In this document: in pieces, positions 40,526 through 53,265 of the stretch | How positions within the stretch are numbered: the first letter of the stretch is position 1 | Layout: each line of letters starts with the position of its first letter | Assembly (NCBI RefSeq): GCF_009914755.1 | Contig: NC_060926.1 | DNA length: 64,000 nucleotides | From: the human T2T-CHM13v2.0 reference genome, Homo sapiens | Strand: one strand, 5' to 3' | The notes under the pieces: generated by a model | Told to the model about the DNA's origin: nothing | The model's database searches: none | Seen by the model: the letters and a program-made list of their open reading frames with translations, nothing else | Made by a program: the position numbers and the translations under genes

Positions 40526-42902
40526 CATGTATACCTTGTTTTATTTCACTTTGCTTCATTATGATTCATGGATATTGTATTTGTTACAAATTAGAGATTA
40601 GTAGCAACCCTGCAGTGAGCAAGTCTATCATTGTCATTTTTCCAACAGCATGTGCTCACTTCATGTCTCTGTATCACATTTTAGAAATTCTCACAATATT
40701 TCAAACTTTTTCATTATTATTATATCTTTTAAGCTTATCTGCAATTAGTGATTTTTGATGCTATATTGTAGTTGTTTTGGGTCTCCATGAATCATCCTCA
40801 TATAAGATGGAGAACTTAATAAAAAATGCTATGTGTGTTCCAAGTGGTTCACCAATGACTGGTCCCCCATCTCTGTCCCTTTCCTTGGGCTTCCCTGTTC
40901 CCTAAGCTATAGCAATATCAAAATTAGGTAAATTAACACTACAATGACCTCTACATATTCAAGTGACAGGAAGAATCACACATCTCTCACTTTATACTAA
41001 AAGCTAGAAATTATTAATCTTAGGAAGGCATGTCAAAAGCTGAGATAAGACTAAAGCTAGGCCTCTTGCATCAGTTAGCCAAGCTGTAAATGCAAAAGAA
41101 ATGTTCTTCAATAAAATTAAAAGCACTGCTCCAGTGAACACATGAATGATAAGAAAGCAAAATAGCCTTATTGCTGATGCGGAGCAAGTTGTAGTGGCCT
41201 GGATAAAGGATCAAACCAAGCACAACTTTTTTATAGGCCAAAGACTAATCTACAATAAGGCCCCTTCAGTTCTATGAAGGCTGAAAGGGGTAATAGATGC
41301 ACAAAAGTTTGAAACTAATAAGGGTTGTTTCATAAGGTTTAAGAAAAGAAACCATCTCCATAAAATAAAAGTGCAATATGAAGCAGCAAGTGTTGATGTA
41401 GAAGCTTCAGCAAGTTATCTAGAAGATCGAGCTAAGATAGTTGATGAAGGGTGCTACACTAAACAACAGATTTTCAGTGTAGATGAAACAGTCTTATATT
41501 GAAAGAAGATTCCATCTAAGACTTTCACAGCTAGAGAGGAGAAGTCAATGACTGGCTTCAAACCTTCAAAGGACAGGCTGACTCAATTGTTAGGGGCTAA
41601 TGCAGCTGGTGACATTAAGTTGAAGCCAATACACATTTATCATTTTAAAAAACCTAGGGTCCTTATCAGTGATGCTAAATCTACTCTGCCTGTGCTCCAT
41701 AAATTAAATAACAAATTCTGGATGACAGCACATCTGTTTACACCATGATTTACTGAATATTTCTAGCCCAGTGTTGAGACCTACTACCCAGAGGAAAAGA
41801 TTGCTTTTAAAATATTACTACTCATTGACAATAAACCTAGTCAGTGAAGGGGTTTGATGGAGATGTACAAGGCTCATAGTGTTTTCATGCCTGCCAACAC
41901 AAAATCCATTGTGCAGTGCATGGATCACAGAGTAATTTTGACTTTCAAGCCTTATTATTTAAGAATATTTTATAAAGCTGTTTTTCCATAAATAGTAATT
42001 TCTCCATTGCATCTGGGCAAAGTAAATTGAAAACTTTCTAGAAACAATTTGCCATTCCAGATGCCGTTAAGAACATCCATGAATCATTAGAAGGGGTCAA
42101 AATATCAACATTAATATTAACAATTGTTTGAAATGAGTTGATTTCAAGCCTCATGGATGACTTTGAGGTGTTTATTACTTTGGTGGAAGAAATAATTGTA
42201 GATATAGTAGAAATAGCAAGAGAACTAGAAGTAGAAGTGGCAATTAGAAAATTGAATTGCTGAAATCTTATGAGAAAATTGGAATCAATGAGGAGTTGTT
42301 ACTTATAGATGACAAGAAAAGGTGGTTTCTTGCAAAGGAATATATTCCTGGTGAAAATGCTGTGTGAATACGTTTGAAATCTCAACAAAGTGTTTAGAAA
42401 AATATATCAACTTAATTGATAAAGTAGCAGCAAGGTTTTGGAGTATTGATTTAAATTATCAAAGAAGTTCTACTGTTAATTAAATGCTATCAAACAACAT
42501 CATATGTTAGAGAAGCCTTTCATGAAAGGAAGAGTCAACTGATATGGGAAACTTCAGTGTTGTCTGACTTTAAGAAATTGGCACAGCCACTGCAAACTTT
42601 AGCAGGCACAACTCTAATCAGTCAGCAGCCATCAACTTTGAGGCAAGACCCTCCACTAAAAAAAGAATACAATGCACTGAAGGCTCAAATGATTGTTACA
42701 CATTTTTAGCAATAAAGTATATTTTAAATAAGGCCTGCACATTATTTTGAGATATAATAGTATTGCACACTTAAACCACAGTATAGTATAAATATAAGTT
42801 TTATACACACTGAAAAACAAACAATTTGTGACTTTCTTTATTGCATTTCCCTTTATTGCCTTGGTGAAGAACCAGAACTGCAATATCTCTGAGGTATGAG
42901 TA
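40526..42902 (+). mobile_element. Tigger1 (TcMar-Tigger) near full length, dead transposase
   Basis: Termini catgtataccttgttttatt / caatatctctgaggtatg at a TA site; ORF 41548..41748 [21 protein letters not shown] is the Tigger1/TIGD1-type DDE region; many stops and frameshifts. Confidence 0.93.
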
Positions 42903-43759
42903 CATACATAAGTCAATTGCTTTCCTATACACCAGCAATGAACAACTAGAATTTGAAATTAAATACACAAGAATTACAATAGCACCCTAAAATAAAATAC
43001 TTAGTTTGGTATAGAAAAACAAATATGAAGAATATCTATGTGAAAAAAACAAAACTCTGACGAAAGAAATCTAAGATCTAAACAACTGGAGTTAAATTCC
43101 ATATTCATGACTAGAAAGAGTCAATATGGTTAAGATTGTTCATACTTCTCAATTAGATGTATTGATTCAGTGAAAATCCAATGAAAATTTTAGCATGTTA
43201 TTTAGTGGATACCTAAAATGTATTACAAAATTCATATGGAGGGGAAGAAAAACAAAGTTGGAAGACTTAGATACAGTAATTCAAAAATTACTATTAAACT
43301 ATGTTAATCAAGACTGTGTTATTGTTAAAAGATATATGGAACAAGAAAGGGCCCACACAATATACCTGTCACCTTTCTCAAAATTAACTTGATATACAAC
43401 ACAGACCTACATGTACAATTCAAAACAATAAAACTCCTAGAAGACAACATAAGAGAAAGTCTAAGTGATGTTGTGTTTCACAATGCCTTTTTAGATACAG
43501 CACCAAAAGCAAGATCTATGAAAAGAAAAATAAATTGGTAGGTTTTACTTAATATTAAAAGCTTGTGCTGTGCAAAAGACACTGTAAAGAGAATTTTTTA
43601 AAAGCTGCAGACTGGGATAAAATATTTGCAAAACACATATCTGAAAAATGCTTCACATCCAAAACACAGGAAGAAATCTTAAAACTCAACAAGAATTCTG
43701 ATGAAAAAATGGGTAAAAGATTTTAGACAGATGGCTCACAAAAAAAGATATACAGATGA

Positions 43760-44181
43760 TGTCTTAGTTTGTTTAGTCTTACTGTAAAGAAATACCTGAA
43801 TCTGGGTGATTCATTTTTTTTTAAAAAAGGTTTATTTGGGTTATGATTCTGATTTTAGATTGAACATCTGCATCTGGTGAAGGCCTTAGGCTGCTTCCAA
43901 TTATGGTTGAAGATGAAGGGAAGCCAGTGTGTGCAGGGATCACATGGCAAGAAAGAAACCAAGAGTGAGAGGGGAGAAGTGCTAGCCTCTTTTCAACAGC
44001 AAGCTCTGTTGGGAATTATTAAAGTGAGAACTCACTCACCCCTGAGGGAGGGAATTAATCTATTCATAAGAGATCCATCCCCAAGAACCAAACACCTACA
44101 GTTACACCCTGCCTCCCAACACCTCCACATTGGAGATTAAATTTCAACATGAGATTCATGAGGGACAAACAAACAATAGCA
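43760..44181 (-). mobile_element. MSTB-type MaLR LTR
   Basis: tgtcttagtttgttt...aaagtgagaactcactcacc...aaatttcaacatgagat...atagca; degenerate 5-bp TSD gatga/gacgg. Confidence 0.88.
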
Positions 44182-45402
44182 GACGGCAAATAAGCATATA
44201 AAAAGATGCTCAGCATCATATGTTATTGGGGGATTGAGAATTCAAACAACTGTGAGATACCACTGTACACCTGTTAGAATAGATAAAATTTGATACAGTG
44301 ATGACGACAAATGCTGGTGGGAATATGGAGCAACAAGAACTCTCATTTCTGCTGGAACTGCAAAATGGTACAGCTACTTTGGAAGAGACTTTGGCCATTG
44401 TTATAACACTAAACATAGTTTTACCATACAAATCCAGCAATCACACTCCTTGGTATTTATCAAAATGAGTTTAAAACTCATATCCACACAAAAACCTGCA
44501 CACATATGTTTATAGCAGCTTTATTCATAATTTCCAAAATTTGGAAACAGCCAGATGTCCTTCAGTGGATAAGTGGATGAACAAACCATGATACATTCAT
44601 ACAGTGGAATATTATTCAGCCATGAAAATAAAAGATCTATCAAGCAATGAAGACATGGAGGAACTTGAAATGCATATTGTTAATTAGAAGATGCCAGTCT
44701 AAAAAGGGTACATACTGTATTATTCAACTATTTGATAATCTGTAAAAAGCAGACTGTGGAGACAGAAAAAACTCTGTGGTTGTGGATTCAAGATGTTTAA
44801 AGCACAGAGGAAAGAAATAATAGGAGCACAAGGGATTTTTAGACAGTGAAATTATTCTGTATATTATTGTCATGGTACATTGATGTCATCAATTTGTCAA
44901 AACTCATAGAATGTTCAGCACCAAGAGTAAACGATAATGTAAACTATGGATTTTAGTTAATAATAATGTATTCAATGCTGGTTCATCAAGTATAACAGCT
45001 GTATTGTACTAATGCAAGTCATTAACAATGGAAGAAACTAAGTGTGGAGGGAGAGAGGGAATATGTAAACTCTGTTCTTTTAGTTTTCTGTAAACATAAA
45101 ACTGCTCTAAAAGTCTGTTAATTTAAAACATTTTAAAAAGCATGCAACTATACACAAGTCCCATAATCTAGTTGATAAAGTTGCTTTCGCTGGTATATAA
45201 AATAATAATTCTGGAATTATGCATGTATACCGTAAATAAAAAATTAAGTGTGTTGATGGCAGATGGCAAAAAACAGATTTCTTATTCTTGGAATAGGAGG
45301 TTACAGAGACTCAAGGGGAAGATGCTAGAATAATTTATGTGGTAATGTATTGGAGCTGGCAACATCAGTATGAACTCATGTTTACCATAATATAGATAGA
45401 TA

Positions 45403-45498
45403 TTAAATTGATGCAAAAGTAACGGCAGTTTTTGCCATTAAGTTGCGGTTTTTGCCATTATAATGGCAAAAACTGCAATTACTTTCACACCTGCTTAA
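45403..45498. mobile_element. MADE1 mariner MITE with an internal arm duplication
   Basis: ttaaattgatgcaaaagtaa...aattactttcacacctgcttaa flanked by TA/TA. Confidence 0.92.
45425..45494 (+). ncRNA. MIR548AE1: miR-548-family hairpin, probable hsa-mir-548ae-1 (mature 3p CAAAAACUGCAAUUACUUUCA at 45467-45487)
   Basis: The 70-nt sequence and the 21-mer match my recollection of the miRBase entry; the miR-548 family is known to derive from MADE1. Not database-checked. Confidence 0.8.
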
Positions 45499-45799
45499 TA
45501 GAGTGAGAGCGAGTGAGAGAGAGAATTACATATAGAAATATTTATAAGTACATGCATGTAAATCAATTATCACATACACCTGTATTTTCTTTTGCTCTAA
45601 ACTAAGAGAGTCAAGAATCAAGGACACTCCAATAACAGTGTCCCTAGCACTCAGAATTTGGTTCCATTCTTCAAGAAAAGGGGCCAGAGCTCCTTGGAGA
45701 AATGACTAATTCTAGGACGAGGGCCTAGAACACCTTTTGTTTTCAAAAAGTAAGGAAGTGTTCAATAACCACACCCTGCCACACACACTATAATTTTGA

Positions 45800-46215
45800 T
45801 TAGAAATTTTTAAAAAATTAACTTATATGCATGTTTTTTTAGAGAAATATTAAGGAGACATCAATAAAAGAATATGACATAGAATAAATAACTTACGCAG
45901 TGAAAAATTTCATGAGGGAAGTGGAATGGAAATAAAAGTTAATTTTTAAGTGTAAATTACTTTAATATTAAAAAGAGCTTACTCAACTATTTTAAATGAA
46001 TGCTGAAAGCTGTATGATATTTAGATTCTACTCATCAGCTTTAAAAGCAAAAACAACTTAATGTTTAAGTTTACAAAAACTTGAAAAATTGCATTACTTG
46101 GAACTTCATAAACCTATAATGAAACAAATTTTATTTTAACTTAGTAAGTGTGAGGAGGTACACAATTTTCAAATGCGATTTAGAGAAAAATTAGAAAACC
46201 TGTTTGTGGCCACAC
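45800..46215. mobile_element. Possible hAT-Charlie fragment
   Basis: gtgaggaggtacacaattttcaaatg resembles a Charlie4-like subterminal sequence; weak match. Confidence 0.3.
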
Positions 46216-47324
46216 TGCTCTAGAGAATTCCAAATAAAGTTTTTCCTAAATCCTTGTGGTGCCATAAACCTAACTTGGATTAATTTTTTGCAAGCAAATA
46301 ATTTGGGCTCTGGTTTTATTCCAATCACTATTTCCCCCTCCTCTCAGAATAGTATTCCCCCTCCTTAGAAGAATATTACAAAACATTTCATATTTACAAT
46401 GAATTCCCATGACCAACCCACCTGTAAGAGAGGAAGATGGTGTGAATGATGGGGTGGTAGCATGGGACAGATGATGTAGAGAAATAAAGCTCAGTTTATC
46501 CTGCCAAAACTCACTGTTTTGCTTATGTAGTATTTATAATATTGGGGTCATGGATAATCTAGTTTTACATTATATCTTTCTGATATCAAATGTGCTGCGG
46601 TAAAAAGAAGAGGCGTACACATGGCCAGGAGTAATTTGAGTTACCAGAGGAAGCATGGACCTGTAACTGACAGAGTGAGGATTGTGCTCCAGAAGTAAAA
46701 CATAGTTTCAAAGCAACAGACAGGGATTCATAAGGGGTAAGTGTAAGAATGAACTCAAGACAGCAGCAGAATTGATCCATAAGTTATTTGAATGTTTCAG
46801 AATATTATTCCAGGCTAATTTATTGTGGGTTCAATGACTTTGCTGCTTAACTAGGTATAAAGGTATAAAGTAAGGCCATAGTAGTATGAAAAGAGTTAGC
46901 AGCAGGAAAAGAGGGCCGAGGAATGCAGGAAGCCTAAAAAGCTGAAATAACTACATGTATCAACAAGGCAAGGGCTCTGAGGTAAGAGGGCTTTGCGTGG
47001 CCTCAGAGAAGTTGAGGTGCCTTTAGAGTTTACACAGCCTATTTCTTTGGGTAAGCAGAACCAAGAAAAAATGAGATCAGCTATAACTATATTTCATTCT
47101 CTATATAATTAGAGAAAACTCATTGATGTCATAACTGAGGTTTAATGTTGAAAATTATCTTTTAAACATTTTTTCATATGACATAAAATATTTTCCAAAA
47201 CATTATTTATGTTATCTACTTGATATATTTTATTTAGGTATCCTTTATTTAACTGTTTCTTTTATTTGGGTTGCACATATGGGTTATTTCCAAATTTTGA
47301 ATATTATAAATAATGCTATGAAGA

Positions 47325-47420
47325 AATCATTCATTCATTTTTCTCTTTAATAAATATTTAAGTGCCTTCCTATGTACCAGGCATTATTATAGTCTCATGG
47401 GGTAAAATGATAGGTTTAAA
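47325..47420 (-). mobile_element. L2 3' terminus among old L1ME-like fragments
   Basis: cattcattcatt...aaatatttaagtgccttcctatgtaccaggcatt. Confidence 0.6.
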
Positions 47421-48589
47421 AAAGAGCTTTTTTAACTTGATTAGAATGTTTAACTTAAATACATTATTTTCTAGAGTCTTTATTTGTATAGCATTTACAC
47501 TTCCCAGAATTAAATGTGTTTCATGAATGTAGTCCATGAATTAAATAACCTCAGTCATTTATTAATAGCCTCAATTATTAAAAGTATTAGAATTTTGTTT
47601 GACAAGTATTTTCCAAACTAATTTTTTGGTTTATTGTTGTCTTTTACTTTTTTATTTTTAGATTTTCAAAAGCATTTTAAATATTTACATGGTCAAATAC
47701 ACTGACCATTTTACTTTGTGATTTATCACATTTCTATTACTCTTAAAAATTTTTTTAATCTAAGACCCATTAATCAGTATATATATTTTCTGTTTTATAA
47801 GTTATTGGTTACTTGACTTTTTTCAGTCTGATATTTATCTGATATTAAAATTTGAAGTAATGTATAAAATAAGGCTTTACTTAATTTTATATTTGTTTCA
47901 GCCAGTTTCCCTGACATTTTTTGCTAAATAATCTAGTGTTAACATTCTTATTTTCTTCCTTGACTCTCATCTATTTCATGAATTTATTTATTGATTTTCC
48001 CAACATCACTGTACTGCAAAGCATTTTTGTTGTTTTTAAAAGATTTTAATTTCTGGCAATTCTTTTTAACACACAGCAATTGTCACATTTTCTTTTTAGA
48101 TATTATTTTTTATCACAATATTTACAAAGAGATGATTGCATTCAGTAGCATTCATAGAAATACCTTAGCAGATATTTTTCCAATTTTGCAAATATTATAA
48201 TGAATAATAATGTTCAATCTTTACAAAAATTGTGAAGAAAAAACTACCTTCAGACACAGGAGGTGGGTTTCTAATTTTACGACATTTTTGTGAGGAATTT
48301 GGCAGCAGCCATCAAATTAAAACTGTGTTCATAAACCTACAGGAGGACTATACAAAAATTCTGTAAAATATTCAGAATATATATTTCAAGGAAAATTTAA
48401 GGATAATAACAGAATGTATAATTCCATGATGTAATAAGTATCTACCTATCTGTGTAAACATATATGTAAAAATAATCTGGGAGGATATACACTATTTGGT
48501 TAATAATGATTACCTGCTAGTGGGTGACAGTGGGAAGGAAGGGTCAGAAATTATTTGAAATAAAAAAGAAATAAAAATAAATACCTTTT

Positions 48590-49099
48590 TGTGGTAGGCA
48601 GAAAAACAGCTCTCCAAAGATGTCTACATGAAAATCCTGACTCTGCGAATGTATTACTTTACACAGCAAAAGGAATTTGGCAGCTGTGATTTAATCGAAG
48701 ATCATGAGATGGAAAGATTATTATCTGTGTGCATCTAACATAATCACAAAGGTCCTTTTAATGTGAAAGAGGAAGACAGGAGAGTCAGAGGGTCAGAGAA
48801 GATGTGAATACAGAAGCAGAGGTCACAACGACGTGAGAAAGGCACATCTGGCTTTGAAGATAGAGGGGCGATGTGCCGAGGAATGCAGGAAGCCTAAAAA
48901 GCTGAAATAAGCAAGAAGTGGATTCTTTCCTGCTGCTGCCAGAAGGGACATACCCCTGCAGACACCTTGATTTTTGCCCCATAATACTCTTTTTAGATTT
49001 CTGACTCATAGAAATATAAGATAATAAATTTGCTTTGTTGTAAGCCACTAAGTTAGTGGTAAACGGTAAGTTTGTAAAGCAATAAGAAATGAACAGACA
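48590..49099 (+). mobile_element. MLT1D-type MaLR LTR
   Basis: tgtggtaggcagaa...ccaaagatgtc...ctggctttgaagatagagg...aataaatttg...aagccactaagtt. Confidence 0.88.
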
Positions 49100-50369
49100 T
49101 TTAAGAATATTATTTTAAGTCTATGCTTAGACTTTTCCCAAGAATATTTATGCAATGGGATTATATTCTAGTTTTATAACTGAGTTAATTTATATAGCAA
49201 TATATCATAAATGTCTCTTCAAATTAATACATGCACATCTATGGTAATAACTATGAATTACTATGTAGTATATTTTATGTATATATTATAGTTATTAATC
49301 AATCTGAAATTGTGAGGCCTTTAGTTTTCTTCTTATATTTTTGCTAATATATAGAGTGTTTGGGAAAATATTTTTATATATGAAACTGTGTCAATCTATG
49401 GTTTTTTTACTTGTATTTTCAAATCTAATATTATTATTTAGTATAACATAAATTATTTTGATGGGAAACTCATATTTTCAATGTTTTAGGTATATAACTA
49501 GTTTGCCTTCCAAAAAAGGCAAATTAATTGCACCAATTATTAATTAGCCCCATCAGTTTATAAGATAGGTGGGAGAAGGGTCTGCCATTTTTAGTTATAA
49601 TCTAAAACCCCCAAAAAACAGAACAGTAGTTTTTTTCTGAAAATCAGATTTCTCACAGAATGAAATAAATTAAAAACTCATACTTGTTATATTCCCTTAA
49701 AACAATAGAAGAATGATGTAGATGGAGTATATGTCCTTATCATGCAACTCAGATTATATACCTAAAAATATGCAACTCATAGTTATTTGAAAAATTAATA
49801 TAGAAACCTAGATTGAAACCTTTAAAAAGTTGCCAAAAATCACCATTTAAAATTAGTTGATTTATTAAAATTTTGAACAGGAAGTTTATTCAATGTATTT
49901 AAGACAAAAATTAATGTTGGTAGATATTACATAAAACCTAGAAATCTATTTCCCCATATTAAAAACGAATAATGAAGTAAGAAAAGAGAGAGAGAAATGA
50001 CGGGAAAAAATGAATACACAATAGATAGTTCAAATGATTAAATGGTAAGTGAAAAGGATTTAAAAAATAAAAAACAGTGAGGAAAAATATTATCTCCAAT
50101 GGCTGTGTCTCATAGCTTATTAGTCTCTTATCAAATGCACTGTTTTAAAGAAAATTATTGCAGTAATGCTAATTTCTTTATATATTTTGGACATGAAAAC
50201 CTGTATTAGGAGGCAACAAAATAATTTGCACAGTAGTATGAATACTGTATTTGATAAACAATAATTTTTTAAGATGGGTTTGTAGAGTACCACGGACTAT
50301 ATTTCAGATTTCAAAAGTAGAAGATATGAGCAATTTCTTCTAATAAATGTTTACAAAATGATCAGGTAA

Positions 50370-50500
50370 ATAAATCACCTTTTACAAATCTATCAAATTA
50401 AAAAATTGAAATCTGGAGAAGTTAGGAGGCTTGCCAAATAGTTCAAAGAAAGTATTTTTATGAGACTCCAACACTATTGACTTTCAGCTTAACACTTGTT
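50370..50500 (-). mobile_element. MIR fragment
   Basis: aaattgaaatctggagaagttaggaggcttgccaaa. Confidence 0.45.
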
Positions 50501-50949
50501 TATATCATGCACAATATCAAATATAGAGTATAAGAAGGGAATATAATACAGAAAGTAATATAATCATTTCAAAAAAAGTGAAGCTGAATTTTTAAAAAAT
50601 ATAATTCTCCTATAATTTTTTAGGTACTTGAAAATTATATTGGCCTATTTTATTTATTTTGTTAGATAGTGATGGTGCAAATACTGGTCTTTAGAAACAG
50701 AACAATGCTCCAAAATTACCCTGTGCTGCATATTGCCAATAATATAACTGTAAGATATGTATTTAGTCTTAAACTATCTTATTTATCACCAAATACCTAC
50801 AGCTAACAGCTGAAGGGAACGATACAATTCTGAATAAGCATGTATAAAGAATGCTTAGGGCTTAAGCACAAACTAAATAAAGTTTATCGCTTTTGTCTTC
50901 TTTTCTCATCGCTTTAAAGGATGCTTGTTGCAATTCTAAAACAGAATAG

Positions 50950-51340
50950 TGATGGAACCAAGGTCCCCATTTTCTTTCCGGCTGTCAGGTGAGGGCCACT
51001 CACAACTTCTTGAGGCTGCCACGTTCCTTGTTTCATGGTCTCCCTCCTTCCTCCACTTTTAAAGCTAAAGACGTGAGACTGGTCATATTGAAGGTCTTTG
51101 GCCCTCCGTTCTCCATCTGTTCTCACATCTCTGACCACAATCAGTAATAATTATCCACTTTAGGGCCTCATGTGATTATATTTGGTCCACTTGGATAATC
51201 CAGGATAATCTCCTCATCCCAACATTCTTAGCTTTATCACATCTGCAAAGTCCCTTTTGCCCTGAATTACAACATATTCACAAATTCCAGAGATAGGGTT
51301 GTGGGCATCTTTGGTGGGTGCAATTATTCTGCCCACCATA
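50950..51340 (-). mobile_element. MLT1D/E-type MaLR LTR, partial
   Basis: ggataatccaggataatctcctcatc...atcacatctgcaaagtcccttttgcc...attattctgcccaccata. Confidence 0.85.
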
Positions 51341-52845
51341 CTATAAGATTGTTTAAGGTAGTGGAAATAAATCTTTCTTAAAAGTCCAGAAAGCATATAA
51401 AATGACTTACTGGTAATTACGCAGAGTTAAATATTTTAACTATCTGTTAAAATGATAAATGTTATGACTTAGAATAAAAACGTACTCCCATTATAACCTT
51501 TGTTATCAAAATACCTGCAATAGTAAGATCTTCCAGTTTAAAAAATAATAGTCATTTTTGATAAATGGGTATGACCGATGTGCAGAATTTTCTTTTTAAG
51601 TAAAGCTTTTATAGTTAACATATAATATAAATTTCAAGGTGAGGAGATGGGGCAAGATGGCAGAATAGAAGGCTCTACCGATTGTCCCCTCTACAAGGAC
51701 ACCAATTTAAAAACTATTTACACCATAAAAGCACCTTCATAAGAACCAGAATTCAGGTGAGCACCCACAGTACCTGGTTTTTAATTCATATAGCTGAAAG
51801 AGGCACTGAAGAGATGTAAAAAACTGTCTTGAATCGCAGATGCCACCCCACTCCCGTTTTCCAGCAATGGCGGCATGGTGCTGAGAGCATTTCCGTAACT
51901 TAGGGAGAGGAAGAACTCAGCAATTGTGAGAAATTTGAGAAATTGAACTCAGCGCTGCCGTGTTAAAGCAGAAAGAAAATGCTGACCAAACACTGCTGAT
52001 GCTCCTCCATGGAGGGAGCATTTAAATCAGCCCTAGCCAGAGGGGAATTGTCAATCCCAGCAGTCAGACCTTAATTTACTGCAAGCATCACCACCACAGG
52101 AGAAAGGCTCTGGGGTCTTAAATAAACTTGAAAGGCAGTTTAGGCCACAAGGACTGAAACTCCTAGGTGAATCCTAGTGCAGAAAGGGACCTAGAGCCAG
52201 AGGACTAGGAGTGCACAAGACTGACTGAGACACCAGCCTGGCTGGCTAAGGGAGTATTGGCCTCACCCCTACCCCAAACCCAGGCTTCACAGCTTGTGGC
52301 TCCAAAACAAACCCCTTTCTTCTGCTTGAGGAGAGGAAAGGAGAGAGCAGGGAGGACTTTGTTTTGCATCCTGGATACCAGCTAAGCCACAGCAGAATAA
52401 GGTATTGGTCAGAGTCATGAGGCCCACTTTCCAGGGCCTAGCTCCCGAATGACATTTCTAGGCAAACTCTTGGACAGAAGGGCACCTGATGTCTTGAAGG
52501 GAAGGAACCAGTTCTAGCAGGATTTATCACCTGATGACTGAAGAGACCTTGGGTCCTGAAAAAACATCAGCAATAGCTAGGTACTACATCAAGGGCCTTG
52601 GGTGAGACACTGAGACTTGCCGACTTCAGGTAAGACCCAGCCCATCCCCAGCTGTGTTGGCTACAGGGAGAGACTTCTGCTTGAGTAAAGCAAAGGGAAA
52701 AGTAAAGGAGACTTTGTCTTATACCTTAGGTAACAACTCAGCCACATGGTCATAGAGCACCAAGTGGGTTCTTGGGGTCTTTCATTCCAGGCCTTGGATC
52801 TTAGACAGTATTATTGGACCTGCCCTGGGCCAGAGAGGAGCACAC

Positions 52846-53265
52846 TGTGATGGTTAATACTGTCAACTTGATTGGATTGAAGGATGCAAAATATTGATCC
52901 TGGGTGTGTCAAAGGAGATTAACATTTGAGTCAGTGGGATGTAAAAGGCAGACCCACTCTCAATCTGGGTGGGCACAATCTAATTAGCTGCCAGTGTGTC
53001 CAGGATATAAAGCAGGCAGAAAACAATAAAAGGCTATACTGGCTTAGCCTCCTAGCCTACATCTTTCTTCCGTGCTGGATGCTTCCTGCCCTCAAACATC
53101 AGGCTCCAAGTTCTTCAGCTTTGGGACTTGGCTTGGCTTCCTTGCTTCTCAGCTTGCAGATGGCCTATTGTGGGACCTTGTGATCTTGTGAGTTAATATT
53201 CCCTAAAAAACTCCCCTTATAAATATATTATTGGTTCTTCCCTCTAGACAACGCTGACTAATACA
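52846..53265 (+). mobile_element. MLT2A (HERV-L) solo LTR inside the L1 5'UTR
   Basis: tgtgatggttaatactgtcaacttgattggattgaaggatgc...ctgactaataca; TSD cacac/cactc. Confidence 0.9.

Larger units (their letters stand above)
38520..45135 (+). mobile_element. Originally full-length L1MC2-like element (L1MDa-type 5'UTR, ORF1/EN deleted) carrying Tigger1 and an MST LTR
   Basis: 5'UTR 38520-39375; ORF2 from ~39480; 3' end taatgtaaactatggattttagttaataataatg...aaactgctctaaaa. Confidence 0.75.
34700..45790 (+). mobile_element. L1MC3-like host element in pieces (34700-34960, 36250-37368, 37970-38480, 45140-45790)
   Basis: The 3'UTR breaks at ...aagaataaaggcaaa (~38475) and resumes ...ctagttgataaagttg (~45170). 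Confidence 0.7.

Noticed and set aside
41030-42400. Domesticated TIGD1-like transposase gene
   Set aside because: Multiple stops and frameshifts; the ORF track shows only a 66-aa transposase piece; it is an ordinary Tigger1 fossil.
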